A stretch of DNA of 64,000 nucleotides from Monocercomonoides exilis PA203 (taxonomy: Eukaryota > Protista > Preaxostyla). The position numbers and the translations under genes are program-made. Location: positions 496,001 to 560,000 of the forward strand of contig LSRY02000025.1 of NCBI GenBank assembly GCA_001643675.2. The letters are read 5' to 3'. Below, piece after piece: positions 31,972 to 43,900 of this stretch. The notes under the pieces were generated by a model, which saw only the letters and a program-made list of their open reading frames with translations, was not told the origin of the DNA and did not search any database. Position 1 is the first letter of the stretch. Each line of letters starts with the position of its first letter.

Positions 31972-34900
31972 ATGTGGAATCCTTATGCTTTTCGATGTTC
32001 TATTTTGATTTGTGTGTTTTTCGCCTTTTCAAATTTGTTTGCATTCGAGGGACAAAATAATTCCAATTTTCCTGAAATGAGCTGGAAGAAATACAATCCA
32101 TCAAAATTGAACGATGATGAAAAGAATAATTTATTTGAAAATGATTATGAAGGAAATTTGAAGAATGATTCAGTTGATACTCAACGGAGGAAAAATGATT
32201 CTCTGGAAAAAGCAATAATTTCGTCAAAGCTTGAGTCTTGCATAATGTTGGCAAATTCATCGATCTATTTTCACATGATAGCTATAAGAGCACATCTCAG
32301 TGGAATGCCAGCACTTAATGCCGAAAGGTCGATTCTATTTCTTTCGAATTGCCTGTTGGAAGTGTTCGATAAAGGATGTTATTCGCCAATCTGCTGTGGC
32401 CAAAGTGGAGTTGCAATGAACAACATTTCTGCAATAAATAATGAAAACTGCAATGCGTTCCCATGCCTTGTGTCAACAACAACAGCCCAAGAAAAAAGCA
32501 AAATTGATGTTGGATTTGTTGAAATGGCTTCTTCAATCTTTTCAGACATTGTGGTGTCCTCCACCTCGCCATTTGTCGGAAGCGAACTGTTTTCACAAGT
32601 TGATGTTCACATGTGCGAATTCATGAACATCACCGCACGACAAAAGCCAGTATTTGCAGCAAAAAGTATTTTGAAGCAAACTTTGCAGAAAAACGTTGTT
32701 TCTGGATGCCTTTTTAGCAATTGTGCCAACACGTTTGATGGAGTGATTGTCGGAGCGGAAAGGGGAAGCGGATTTGTTTCGATGAACACCACCTTTGCTG
32801 AAACGAAGAACTCATACAAAGATCAGCCTTTTACAAGTCCTTTACCATCATTTAAATCTGGAGATATCGTGTTTGTTGGATGCACATTCACCAACTGCTC
32901 TTCTTCAGATCGGAATGGAGGAGCAATATCAGTTTCAGGATTAGCAAATCTGAATGTTGCAGATTGTTCATTTTTTGAATGCAGATCTATTTATATTTCT
33001 GAAGAATCGACGCGAGGAGGTGCAATCTACTCCAGAGCTTATGGAGATTGCTATTTGATAAATTCTACATTTTCAAAATGTTATGTTAATTCATCTTCAA
33101 TTTCATTTGGAGGTGCTGTTTGCATATTCAACAATCTGGATATTGTTTATGGATGTCAATTTTCATGTTGTCAATCAAGTGAGTATTGCGGAGCATTAAA
33201 TTGTGAATATGTTATAATGCATTTGTGTTCAAGTTCGTTTTCAAATTGTGAATCAGTAGATTATGGAGGATCTGTTCACACTTACTGTTTGAAAGAAAAA
33301 TCGTTCGTAACAGATTGCAGTTTTGCCAATTCTCACTCTCAAAATCATTCTGGCGCAATCTCTCTATCGATATATACAAACATGCACATTCTATACACAT
33401 ATTTTTGTTTTTTTGAAAACAATTCTGCTGACTCAAATAATGGGCATGATATTCATTACTGGAATATAGATAGCACAAAAGTCACTTCCGATTTTATCAA
33501 ATATTCCTTTTCACTTTCAAATAAAAATAACAGAGTCACCACAAATGTCGATAGAAGTGAATGGCTTCCGGATCCAAATTCAAGTCCAGATCCAATCCTT
33601 GTGAATTCAGCGAAGTTTGGAGGAGACCACAACGACTGTGGAGGAACTGATGATGAATGCCGAACAATCGGATTTGCAATGAATCAGTGGGTAAGTTATA
33701 AGCACCATTCAATAAGATTGGTGAGCGAACGCTTTGAGGAAACAGAAATAGAAGTGGGCGGAAGAAGTGTTCTGTTGAAGAAGAGCGATGGATTAGACAG
33801 AGTGAACATTTCGAGTCACACAGAATCCGGGTCATTGTTTTTCGTTGAATATGGCTCAGTTGAATTGGAGTTATTCACTCTCATTCACAGCTCAAGTATC
33901 TCCAATAATTCATTTCTTTTTCAAGTTACTGGAATGTTTGGATTTGTGCATCTGGATAAATGCGTGATCACAAGTGATATGCCTGATGGTGTTTTCAACA
34001 GGCCTTTTCTAAGTGCTGATGAAGGAAGAATCTCTCTCGATGATTGTGAAGTCAAGAACATTGTCTTTTCAGACTGCTGCCTTTTGTCGACGAGCAACTG
34101 TGGAGAGATATGCGTCCATGGGGGAAACATCACAGAGATTGTGAGAAAAGAAGGCGATGGAGCCTTGATATCGAAGATATTCAAAGGAGAGGAGAGCCTT
34201 GAATGGGAAAACACAACTGTTAGTGGATGCAGATGCTTGAATGGAAATGGAGGGATGGCCGCCTTGACACTTGTTGAGGGAAGTCAATTGTCGATAGGGA
34301 AAGAAGGGTTGGCAACAGTAATGAGAATCTGTGTGGCCAATGATGGAGAGGGAAATGTGCAAAATGGCAAAGGGAGAGGAGGATGCATCTATCTGAAGCT
34401 GATAAACGCAGCAGATGATTTTGTGATTTCGAATCCAGGGTTTGAGAATAACAATGCACTGTTTGGGAAAGATGTTTATGTGTATTCTCCAAATCTGAAG
34501 GCAAGTGTCACAAGAGAAAGAATAGCTTATTATTCCTCATTATTCACGGTTGACGAAGCAATGGGCACTGATGAAGGAACACCAGAGGTTGTCATCCCGC
34601 TTGTTTATTGTCTGAGAGAAAGAGGTGTTAGAGTAAATGTTGGAGACAACGGAGTGGATGTTGGAGTGTGTGGCTTTGAAGACTATCCGTGCAAAACAAT
34701 GCAGTTTTCTCTTGCTCAACAGGAAAAAGTGCACAAATTGACAATTGCTTCATCGTATTCCCTTTTGGAGTGTTTGAGTTTGAGGGGAGATGAAGAATAC
34801 AGCATCAGTGGAGTGAGTGGAAAATCAGAAATAAGTGTTGTTGGAAATGGGAGCGAGCAGAGTGGAGTGTTTGAGGTGATGAGTGATGTTGGCATAAGTC

Positions 34901-37900
34901 TTGTGAGCTTGTCCTTGGAGGCATGGCTTCAATCATCACAAGCAGCAGTGTTTGTTGTGGGAGAGGAAGTCGAAGGAAGCCTGCAGATATCATCGTCGCT
35001 TGTGAAGGGAAGCAGTTCAGTTTCGGAGATTGGATACTCTCTTGTTGTTGTGAAGAATGGAAAAGCTGAATTGAATGATTTGGAAGTCGATAGCCTAGCA
35101 TTCAAGGAGCCTATGATTATCTGCGCTCAAATGGGTACAAAAGTCAAAGCAGTAAATCTTGTTTGCTCCGATGTGTTGAACGCTGAATCTAGTCTGATTA
35201 AGGCAGAAAGTGATTCGGAATTGCAGATTAGTGGCTCGAAGTTTGAAAGCACAGGAAGGAACAAAGGGTCTATGATCAATATCAACAAGGCGAGAAGCAG
35301 TATTGTCAATCGAACCATTTTTAGTGGATGCTTGCTTTCAAGTGGAGATGGAGGAGCGATTCAGGGGATAATTGGACAAGGTCAGAAACTTGAAGTTGAA
35401 GGAGGAGAGATGAATGGAGTCTGTGAGAAGGGAAATGGAGGAGGAATGAAGATAGTGATGGAAAAAGATTCTATCTTTTATGTTGGAATCGAAGGATTGG
35501 CGAAGTTGAAAGGATGCCAAGCTGGAATGATTGGAGACAAAGGAGGATATGGAGGAGGGATATGGCTGGATTGTGTGAAATCCACTGGCAACTTTCGGCT
35601 GAAAAATGTTGAATTTGCAGGTTGTGTTGCAAACAAATATGGGAAAAACATGTTTGTAAAGACAGAAAAAATGGGGAATGTTATTGACAGCACAAGGATT
35701 GGATTTGGGCCAGATCTTTTGAAAGAAGATGAGATTGTGGGCACAGAGAAAGAAGATGAAGGATATGTGATCCCTCTGGTGTTATTCTTGCGACAGGATG
35801 TTTCAGAAGTTGCAGTTGGTGGGGCGAATGAAAAAGATTTTTCCCGATGTGGATATGCAGGGCATCCATGTGAAACAGTTCAGTATGGGATTGCACAATG
35901 GAAAAAGGCAAGTGGAATAAGCTTGAAGATTAGTGAATCTGGAATTCTTGGATCAGAACTGTCATTGGCAAGTGGACTAAACACATTCAGAGGAGCTGAT
36001 TCGGAGGCGAGGATGGACGTGAACGAAAACATAACAGTGAATCAGAATGCGATGATTGAAGTGAGCTCAAATTGTTTATTTGAATCTCTTTTTTTGGTTG
36101 TTCCAGAGAGTCTGAATGGAAGAGAATGGCTGATGAAGATGAGCGCTGAAACACTGAACCTCACTAATTGCCAATATTCAGTGAGATCTGCATCCTTTGT
36201 GAGTGTTGGACTTGTGCTTTGTGTTGGAGGAAGGATGGAGATATGTGGAATGTGTGTGAATGAAGTGGAGTATCGATTGCATCCATTGATGATGATTGAA
36301 GAAGAAGCAGTATGCAACATGAATGAAAGTGTTTTGAATGGAGTTATTACGAATGGAGAAGTGAGTGTGATTGAATTGCATTCCTCAGGGATCCTGACAT
36401 TGGCTAAAACAACGATGAGTGGAAAGAAAGATAGAGCATCAGGAGGAGGGATGATCTGCGATGTTAATGGAAATATATTGACAGTTGAGGATTGTTCGTT
36501 TTGTGGTGTCTGTGCGAGCATGCAGAATGGAAGCGCAATAAACGGAAATGTTGGTGATGAAAACAGCGTTATCGTGAGAAACAGCACTTTTGATGATTGC
36601 TCAGCAAATGATGGGTGCGGTGGAGGAATTATGGTGACTTTGAGTGGAGAAGGAATGCTGCGAATTGGGGAGGAAGGGGAAAGAACAGATGTTAAGAAGT
36701 GTAATGCTCGCGATTTGAGCGAAGAAAAAGAAGGAAGAGGATATGGGGGAGGAGTTTTTGTGAGAATTGTGGAAGAAGCATATGATGTGATCTTGCGGAG
36801 TATTTCATTTGGCCAGGGAGAAGAAAGAAATGGGGCAGATGGTGGAGGGAACAATATTTTTGTGGAAGCGAATGAGCTGAAGAAGATCGCTACAGATACT
36901 GTGTTCGATTTTTCGTTTGCCAAGAGCGAAGAAGAAATGCCAAACTTGAAGGATATGATGGGCTTCGAAGGTGGAAACAAGTCGCAAGCAATTCCATTGG
37001 TGCTGCTGTTTCGGAACTTTTCGAGTCCTGCATTTGTTGGAAATGATGGAATAAATGGGAAGTTGTGTGGGTTTTCTGATTATCCGTGTGCAGATGTGTT
37101 GTTTGCTGGAAAGGACATTTTTGGCCAAGGCAGTGCAATAATACGATTGCTTCCTCAATATGAAATCACGAACCAGCTGAAGATAGAAGAGCAAGAGATG
37201 AAGATCGATGTGGAAGAGATTGGAGTGGAGGTTGTGATTGCGAGCAAAGGGAGTATCAATGGAGAAGGATTTATTGAAACGCGTTCAGCAACAACATTTG
37301 GGAAAATGATGTTCAGTGTTCCATGCTCGATGTCAGACAGCAAGAGTGCGCTGTTTGTGTGCTTCAGTTCATCGCTTGTGATGAATAATGTTTCGTTCAT
37401 AGCCAGAACGAACGTTGTCAGTTTCTCGCTTGTGAAAGTTATTGGAGGAGAATCCAGTTTGGTTGGAGTGAAAGTGAGTTACGTGAAATTCAGCACAAAT
37501 AGCTTTTTGGTGATTCAGGGAGATGGGGCAAGTGCTCAATTAAATGGAATGGAATTGGAGGGTGTTCATGGAGAAGATGTTTGTGGGCTTATCCATGTGA
37601 ATTCAGGAGGTTCGGTCAACATTGTGAATTCGAGTGAAAAAGGAACAAACTTGAAAAATGGAGCAGTGCTGTATTTTGATGGTTCGTGTGGAATTCAGCT
37701 GCAGAACAACAGTGTGACTTCAGCGAGAAGAGAGGTTGGGAGTGGAGGAGGAGTTGAGGGGAAGGTTGGGAAAGGGAAAATGGTTGAGGTGAAGGAATGT
37801 GCATTTGAGACAATTGTCTGTGCTGAAGAAGGAGCAAAAGGTGGAGGATTGGTGGTGCATGTGGAGAAAGGAGGAACATTGAAGTTTGAAGGAAACAGTG

Positions 37901-40900
37901 TGAAATTCAATGAGGTGAGTGAATCTGAAGGATTTGGGGGAGGGATGTTTTTGGAGTTTGAGGATACTGATTTGAGCTATTCGATGCAAAAGAACAGATT
38001 TGGTGAGAACAAAGCATTGCTGGGAAGGGACGTGTATGTTGTGTGTAAGGATGTGAGGAGGATGCTGAATGAAATTCTTTGGGAAGGATCGGTGAATGAA
38101 GAAGATGAGAAAGAACGATTTTGGGTGTATGATGGTTCAGTTGATCCAGCGATAAATGTATCGATACTGGTGATATTGTTTCCTGAATCTCCAAAGATAA
38201 TGTTTGTGGATGGATCAAAAGTGAACAAAAAGGAATGTGGGTTTGAAGAAACACCGTGCAAGGATGTTGAATATGCATTTTCATTGATGAATGACTCGCA
38301 CTCGACAATCAGGGTGATTGGAAACACAACTTTGGATGCAGATATCGCAAGAAATTCATCGTTGGCAATTCAGGGAAGAGGCCTCAAAAAACCGGTTATT
38401 GGAGTTGGAGGAGGAGGTCATTTAACATTGGTCAACAGTTCCATTTTCTTGAGCATACGGAGCTTGACATTTGAGCTTCCAGCAACTTTCACAACAGCAG
38501 GCTATGAAGAGTTTCTGAAAATAGAAGGAGGGCAGTGTTTGATAAGTGAGTGTGTGTTTGGGGTTGAGAATGGAATAGAGAGCGGGATTGAAATGGAAAG
38601 CAGTATATGGATTGTGAAAGAAACAGATGGAAAGCTGGAAATCAAGTCAGGGAGTGTTGTTGCAATTGGCTTTCAAATGGGAAAGGGAATTGCTGATGTG
38701 GAAAGAGGAGTGATCAGTTTGTCTGATATGGCAATCAAAGGTGTTTCGATGGAAGGAAAGAGTTTGATTTGCGGAGGTGCTGGAGCAGAAATTGTTTGGA
38801 GCAATGTTAGAGCAAGTGGGTGCAGCATTGAAAGTGGTCATTTGTTGGAAGTGAAAAAGGCAAGAAATGTGGAAATTGCGAATGAAAGCTATTTTGAAGG
38901 GTGGGGGGTGAGTGTGGAGAATGGAGGAATGATGTGGTGTGAACTGGGAGGAGATGATAAGTTGTTGGTGAAAAATTCCACAGTGAGGAATTGGAGCGTT
39001 GATGGTGACGATGGGAAAGGAGGAGGAGTGTATCTTCGCATCGGAAACGATTCAACTGACAACTTCGTGTTTGAAGATTTGTTGTTTTCAGAGAATAGTG
39101 CCCGAGAAGGAAAGGACATGTTTGTGTTTTGCAAGGCATTGAACATAAGTGTGTCTCCCATTCGATTTTGTTTTGTGGCAGAAAATGAAGAAGAAGGAAA
39201 TGGAGCTGATTTATGGGGAAGCGATGAATCACATTATTTTGAGCCAGTCAATTTGAGATTGTTTCTTGTTCAGCTGCATTCAGAATGTGTTTATTTGTCA
39301 GTTGAAGGATATGATGCAATTGGATGTGGGCTGGAAGAGCATGCATGTCAAACACTATGGCAGGGTGTCCAGAACATCAAATCCGGAGAGGATAACTCAG
39401 AGATTGTTATTTTGGAGAAGGCTTGTGTTAAAGATGGAAGTGATGTGTCAGGAATTAGGATTCGATCAGCACAAGATGAGAAACATTCTTCTTTGCTATT
39501 TGAAGAAAATTGTGAGTTCAATGGGGATGGGGCTATTGTGAACAGCAAGAAATCAGAATTTGTCTTTGTCGACTTTATATTTCCGCATTCACGGAGAAAT
39601 GAAGTAAAAGCACTTATTTTGTCTGAATCCACAAATGGTGACATGAAGATGAGTAATTGCATATTTGAATGTTCTCATCAAGATACTGTCGAATTTGTTG
39701 TGTTGGAAATGAATGGAGGAGAAGTGACTTTGGACTGGTGCAGTTTTAAAGGGAAGATGGTTTTCGGTTCTCAACCACTAAAATTGACTGGAACAGTGAG
39801 TATGAATAATTGCTCATTTCAGGCAGTGGCCTCAGCACAAAACGGAAAAGGGGGATTGATAAATGTTATTCTTGAAAATGAAGCAGGACTGCAAGTCAAG
39901 AACTGTACAATTCAAAAATGCGAATGCTTACCCGAAGGTGGCAGAGGAGGCGGATTGTTCATTGATTGCAAGAAGTCCAAAATTGCCAGATCTATCTTGT
40001 TCAGTGCTGTTGTCTTCGAAGCAAACAAAGCAGATGTTGGAGAGAATCTGTTTGTTGAGTCGTTTGATCTGAACAGCACTGTGACAACAGACACCTTTGA
40101 TTTTGACTTTGAACCACTGAAGAACAATGCAAATGGGTTTGTTGGAAGTGACAAGGTGTTCAGCGAAACAGATTTGTTCAGATTTGTTGTGGGATACAGA
40201 AGCGAAAGGATATATGTATCAGATGAAGGGCATGATGTGGCTCGATGTGGTTCAGCTGAAGATCCTTGTCAGAGTTGGTGGAAAGGTGTTAGGCAGATGA
40301 GTGAAGGGACAGATAAGCGTTGGATATTTGTTTTGGGGAGAGTTGAGCTGAATGAGGTGTTTGAGATGACTGATTGCTCGATCGAAGCATGGAATCCTGT
40401 GGAAGATGAGGTATCGAAGGTGAAGATGGTGATTGAAAACGATGTGAATGAGAACAGAAAAGCATGCCTTTGGAACAAAAACACAGCAAGGATTGCTCGA
40501 GTAGAGTTTGAAATGGAAGGGGAATATGATAATGAAGAGAAGGCAGTGATTTTGAGTGAGAATGGGAGCTTGAACCTGGTGAACTGTTCGATTGAAGGAT
40601 TGGCAGAAAAGAGGATTCAGATGCTTGTGTCATTTGTCTGTGTGAGAGAAGGAGTTCTGGAGATAACGAATTTTGATGTTTCGAATTTGAATTGTGAGAG
40701 AAGTCTTCTTGTTGTTTCAGAGAGATGTGAAAGCAGGATCGAGGAGCTTGTAATAAAGGGATTGAGTCTGAACGAAGGAAGTGTGATTGAAGTTGAGGGA
40801 GCAAGCAGGAGCAATCATGAGCAAGCAAAATCAATGAAAAGCAGTCCAACCATTTTGCTGGAGAAATGCCATGTGAAAGATGTGAAGAAAGATGCGGGAG

Positions 40901-43900
40901 GGGCATGTGTGATTGATTCGGGTGCAAATAAGGAAAGTTTGAAGCTTGTGGTGAACAGAAGCATGCTTGATGAATGCCGAAGTTTAAACAGTGAAGAAGG
41001 CGGAGCGATCCTGTTTGTGTTGAAGAGCGAGGGAAGTCTGAGGATTGAAGAGAGCACGCTGAGCCAGTGTGGGTGCTCGACAGCCAAAGGCAGAGGAGGA
41101 GGGATTTATGTGGATGCAGCTGCTTCTGGGGATCTGGACATGCAATTTGTGAAGGATGGATTTGATTCCAATGTTGCGCGTGTTGGGCGGGATTTGTTTG
41201 TGAAGTGTGTGGATATCAAAAAGCAGATCAATGAAACACAATTCAATCTGGATCTGAGAGAAGGATCATACAACAGATACAATGCGATATATGGAATGGA
41301 TGAGACAGAGTTTGTGGATGAGCCGATGAATCTGATCGAGTTCATTGTCACATATCAAAATGATGTTATTTTTGTCACGTCAAACATCTCCAAAGGCAGC
41401 GAGGACTCGAAGAACTGTGGAACGCAAAAGCAGCCATGTGCCACATTGGAGTATGGACTGCAGCATTTGTCATATGAGTTCAACAGCCAGCTCGTGATTA
41501 TCGAAGAAGGGCGAATATCGGCTGAGCTGGAGTTATGCAATGTGACCATTTCATCCCGTTCAGAGCAGCATGCTAAAGTCGGAGTGACTTCAGGAATTCA
41601 TGGATCAGCCGAGAGCCTATTGAGCTGCACAGACAAAGTGCTTTTGACTCGTCTGTTTGTTTTGTTTGAGAGTTCGTTTGCGATGGCTCATGGTTCATTT
41701 CTTCGAAGCGAAGCAGGAGTGGTTCAGATTGTTTCATGTTCATTTTCATGTGAAGAGGCAACAAGAAATGATGAATCAGATTTGTTGTTAATTCTGCTGT
41801 CGGTCACTGGGAATGGAAGCTTATCAATGGAAGAAGTGAGCATTACTCGTTTTTCATTTGTCTGTCAATTTATTGTAGTGGAATCAAATGCTTGCTTGAA
41901 GTGTTCATCTATTTCAATTCAAGATGTGAGTTGCAGAAAGGGATTGATATGTCTGTGCAGTCATAGAAAAGCGACTCTTGAAAAAATGGAAATGAGCAAT
42001 GTTTTGAGCAACGAAGAAGCCACCATTCAAGTGCATTCAAGTGATGCGAATAGAAATGGAGATGAGGAAGAAAGAACTGAGATAGAGATAAGCCAATTGG
42101 TGTGCAAGAATATTAGCGTTCCATTGACTTCCTCAGTCATTGCCTGTGATAGGTTGAAAGACAGCTTTGTGAAAATCGAGAACAGCTCGTTTGCGTCATA
42201 TTCATCGTCTGCTGAAAGAGGAAGTTTGGTGATGATGAGTGCCTGCCGAAATGTGTCAATGAATTTGTGCAGGTTTGGAGTGAATACGCAATCCTTTGAT
42301 GAAACTGTGAATGATGAAGGAAAAGATATATGCGAATGGGATGGATCACTTGTTGATTTGAAGGGAACAGTTACAAGCATGAAAGACACAACCATAGAGA
42401 ATTCAAGCAAAGGAGGTTTGTCAATTTCAGGAGGGCAGATCGTGATTGAAGAAGGAAGGTTCATGAACAACAATCCGATGATAGGGAAATATCCATCAAT
42501 TCGAAGGAATATTGTTTGCAGCGACGATGCGACAGTGAATGTTGTGAGCCTGAAAGGCGGAGATGGGGCGAAAGAAAACAGCTCGTTGTGGATGCTGAAC
42601 AAGGGATGCAAGGTGGAAGGGATGCTGGAAGGGCTGAAGTCTGTGCTGTTTATTCCTGTTCTGGGTTCTGTGAGCATGGCAGAGGAAGGGGCTGTGATGA
42701 GTCTGAGCTTCCGAGGGGCGCTTTTCATTCCGTGCACGCTGGGGTTTGAAATAGTGACAAGAATGGGAAGCACAAAGCTGATCGAGAAGTGGGAGTTTTC
42801 GGAGGGCGATTTTGCATCAGAAACGGAAGTGCACTCGTCGATTTCGTCTGCTATGATCACTTCTTCACCCGATGAGTCGGAAGTGGCAGCAGCAATCATA
42901 TTTGGAGAAAAGAATGCAGAAACGGATCTGTTCCTTCTGAAGAACAAAAGTGAACCCCAAACAAGGGGAGATGGAAAACTTGTTGAAGGAGGAAAAGAAG
43001 GAAAATCCATATGGCCAATAATTGTTGTTGTGATGGCAATTATTCTTTTGATTGTTCTTATTGTTTCGGTGGTATTCATTGTTCGATGGAGAAGGGAAAA
43101 AGAAGTGGCCAAAAAATACAAGGAGATAGTTGATGACACTGTGAGAAAAGATTCGAAGGCATTTGAGATGGTCACGATGGAGATGTCACCAGAAGAGCAA
43201 TGGAAGAGAGCAGAAAGAGAGGCAGAGAAGAAAAATGAAGAGAGAATAAAGAAGAGGGTTTATGAGACGAATATGGAGCATTCAGAATCATCAGAACATT
43301 TGTTGAGTGAGAGTGGTTCAACTGAATACATTCTGGGGAGAGACTCTGACAAGATCCCAGAATGGGCACTGGAAAAGGTTGAGAAAGAAGAAGAAGAGAT
43401 TCGAAACAGAACACCTTCTCCATCCATCTCATCCACTTCAACCGCAGACACTTCAGATACAGATTCAACATTTGTTCAGAGAGAGGACCTGTGCCCAACC
43501 ACGTCGTCGATGTCGAATCTGGTGGATGTGATGGTGTGTTCGTCTCCCCATGAGAAGCTGATTGTGGATCTGAGAGATTCGCTGTTCATGCTGCTGCATG
43601 GGCGGAACGAGAAGAAAGAAATGGCAATTGGATCATTGAAGGAGAGAGAGATGACAGCTGCTCGGATCCTGTTCTGGGTTGCAAATGGGGCGCTTCACTC
43701 CTTTGATGAAATGGAAAATCCGCTCTCTTCCCTTGCCAATCTCAGCCCTCACATTGTGTTATTCTCCGAGCACATGGTCATCTGCATTGTTATGCACTCT
43801 GACTTTTCATCAGATGATTCAGACTCATCATCCATCTCATCATCGACTGTTGCAACATCTGCCAGTGATGATGATGATGATGATAGTGATTCTCTTCCCT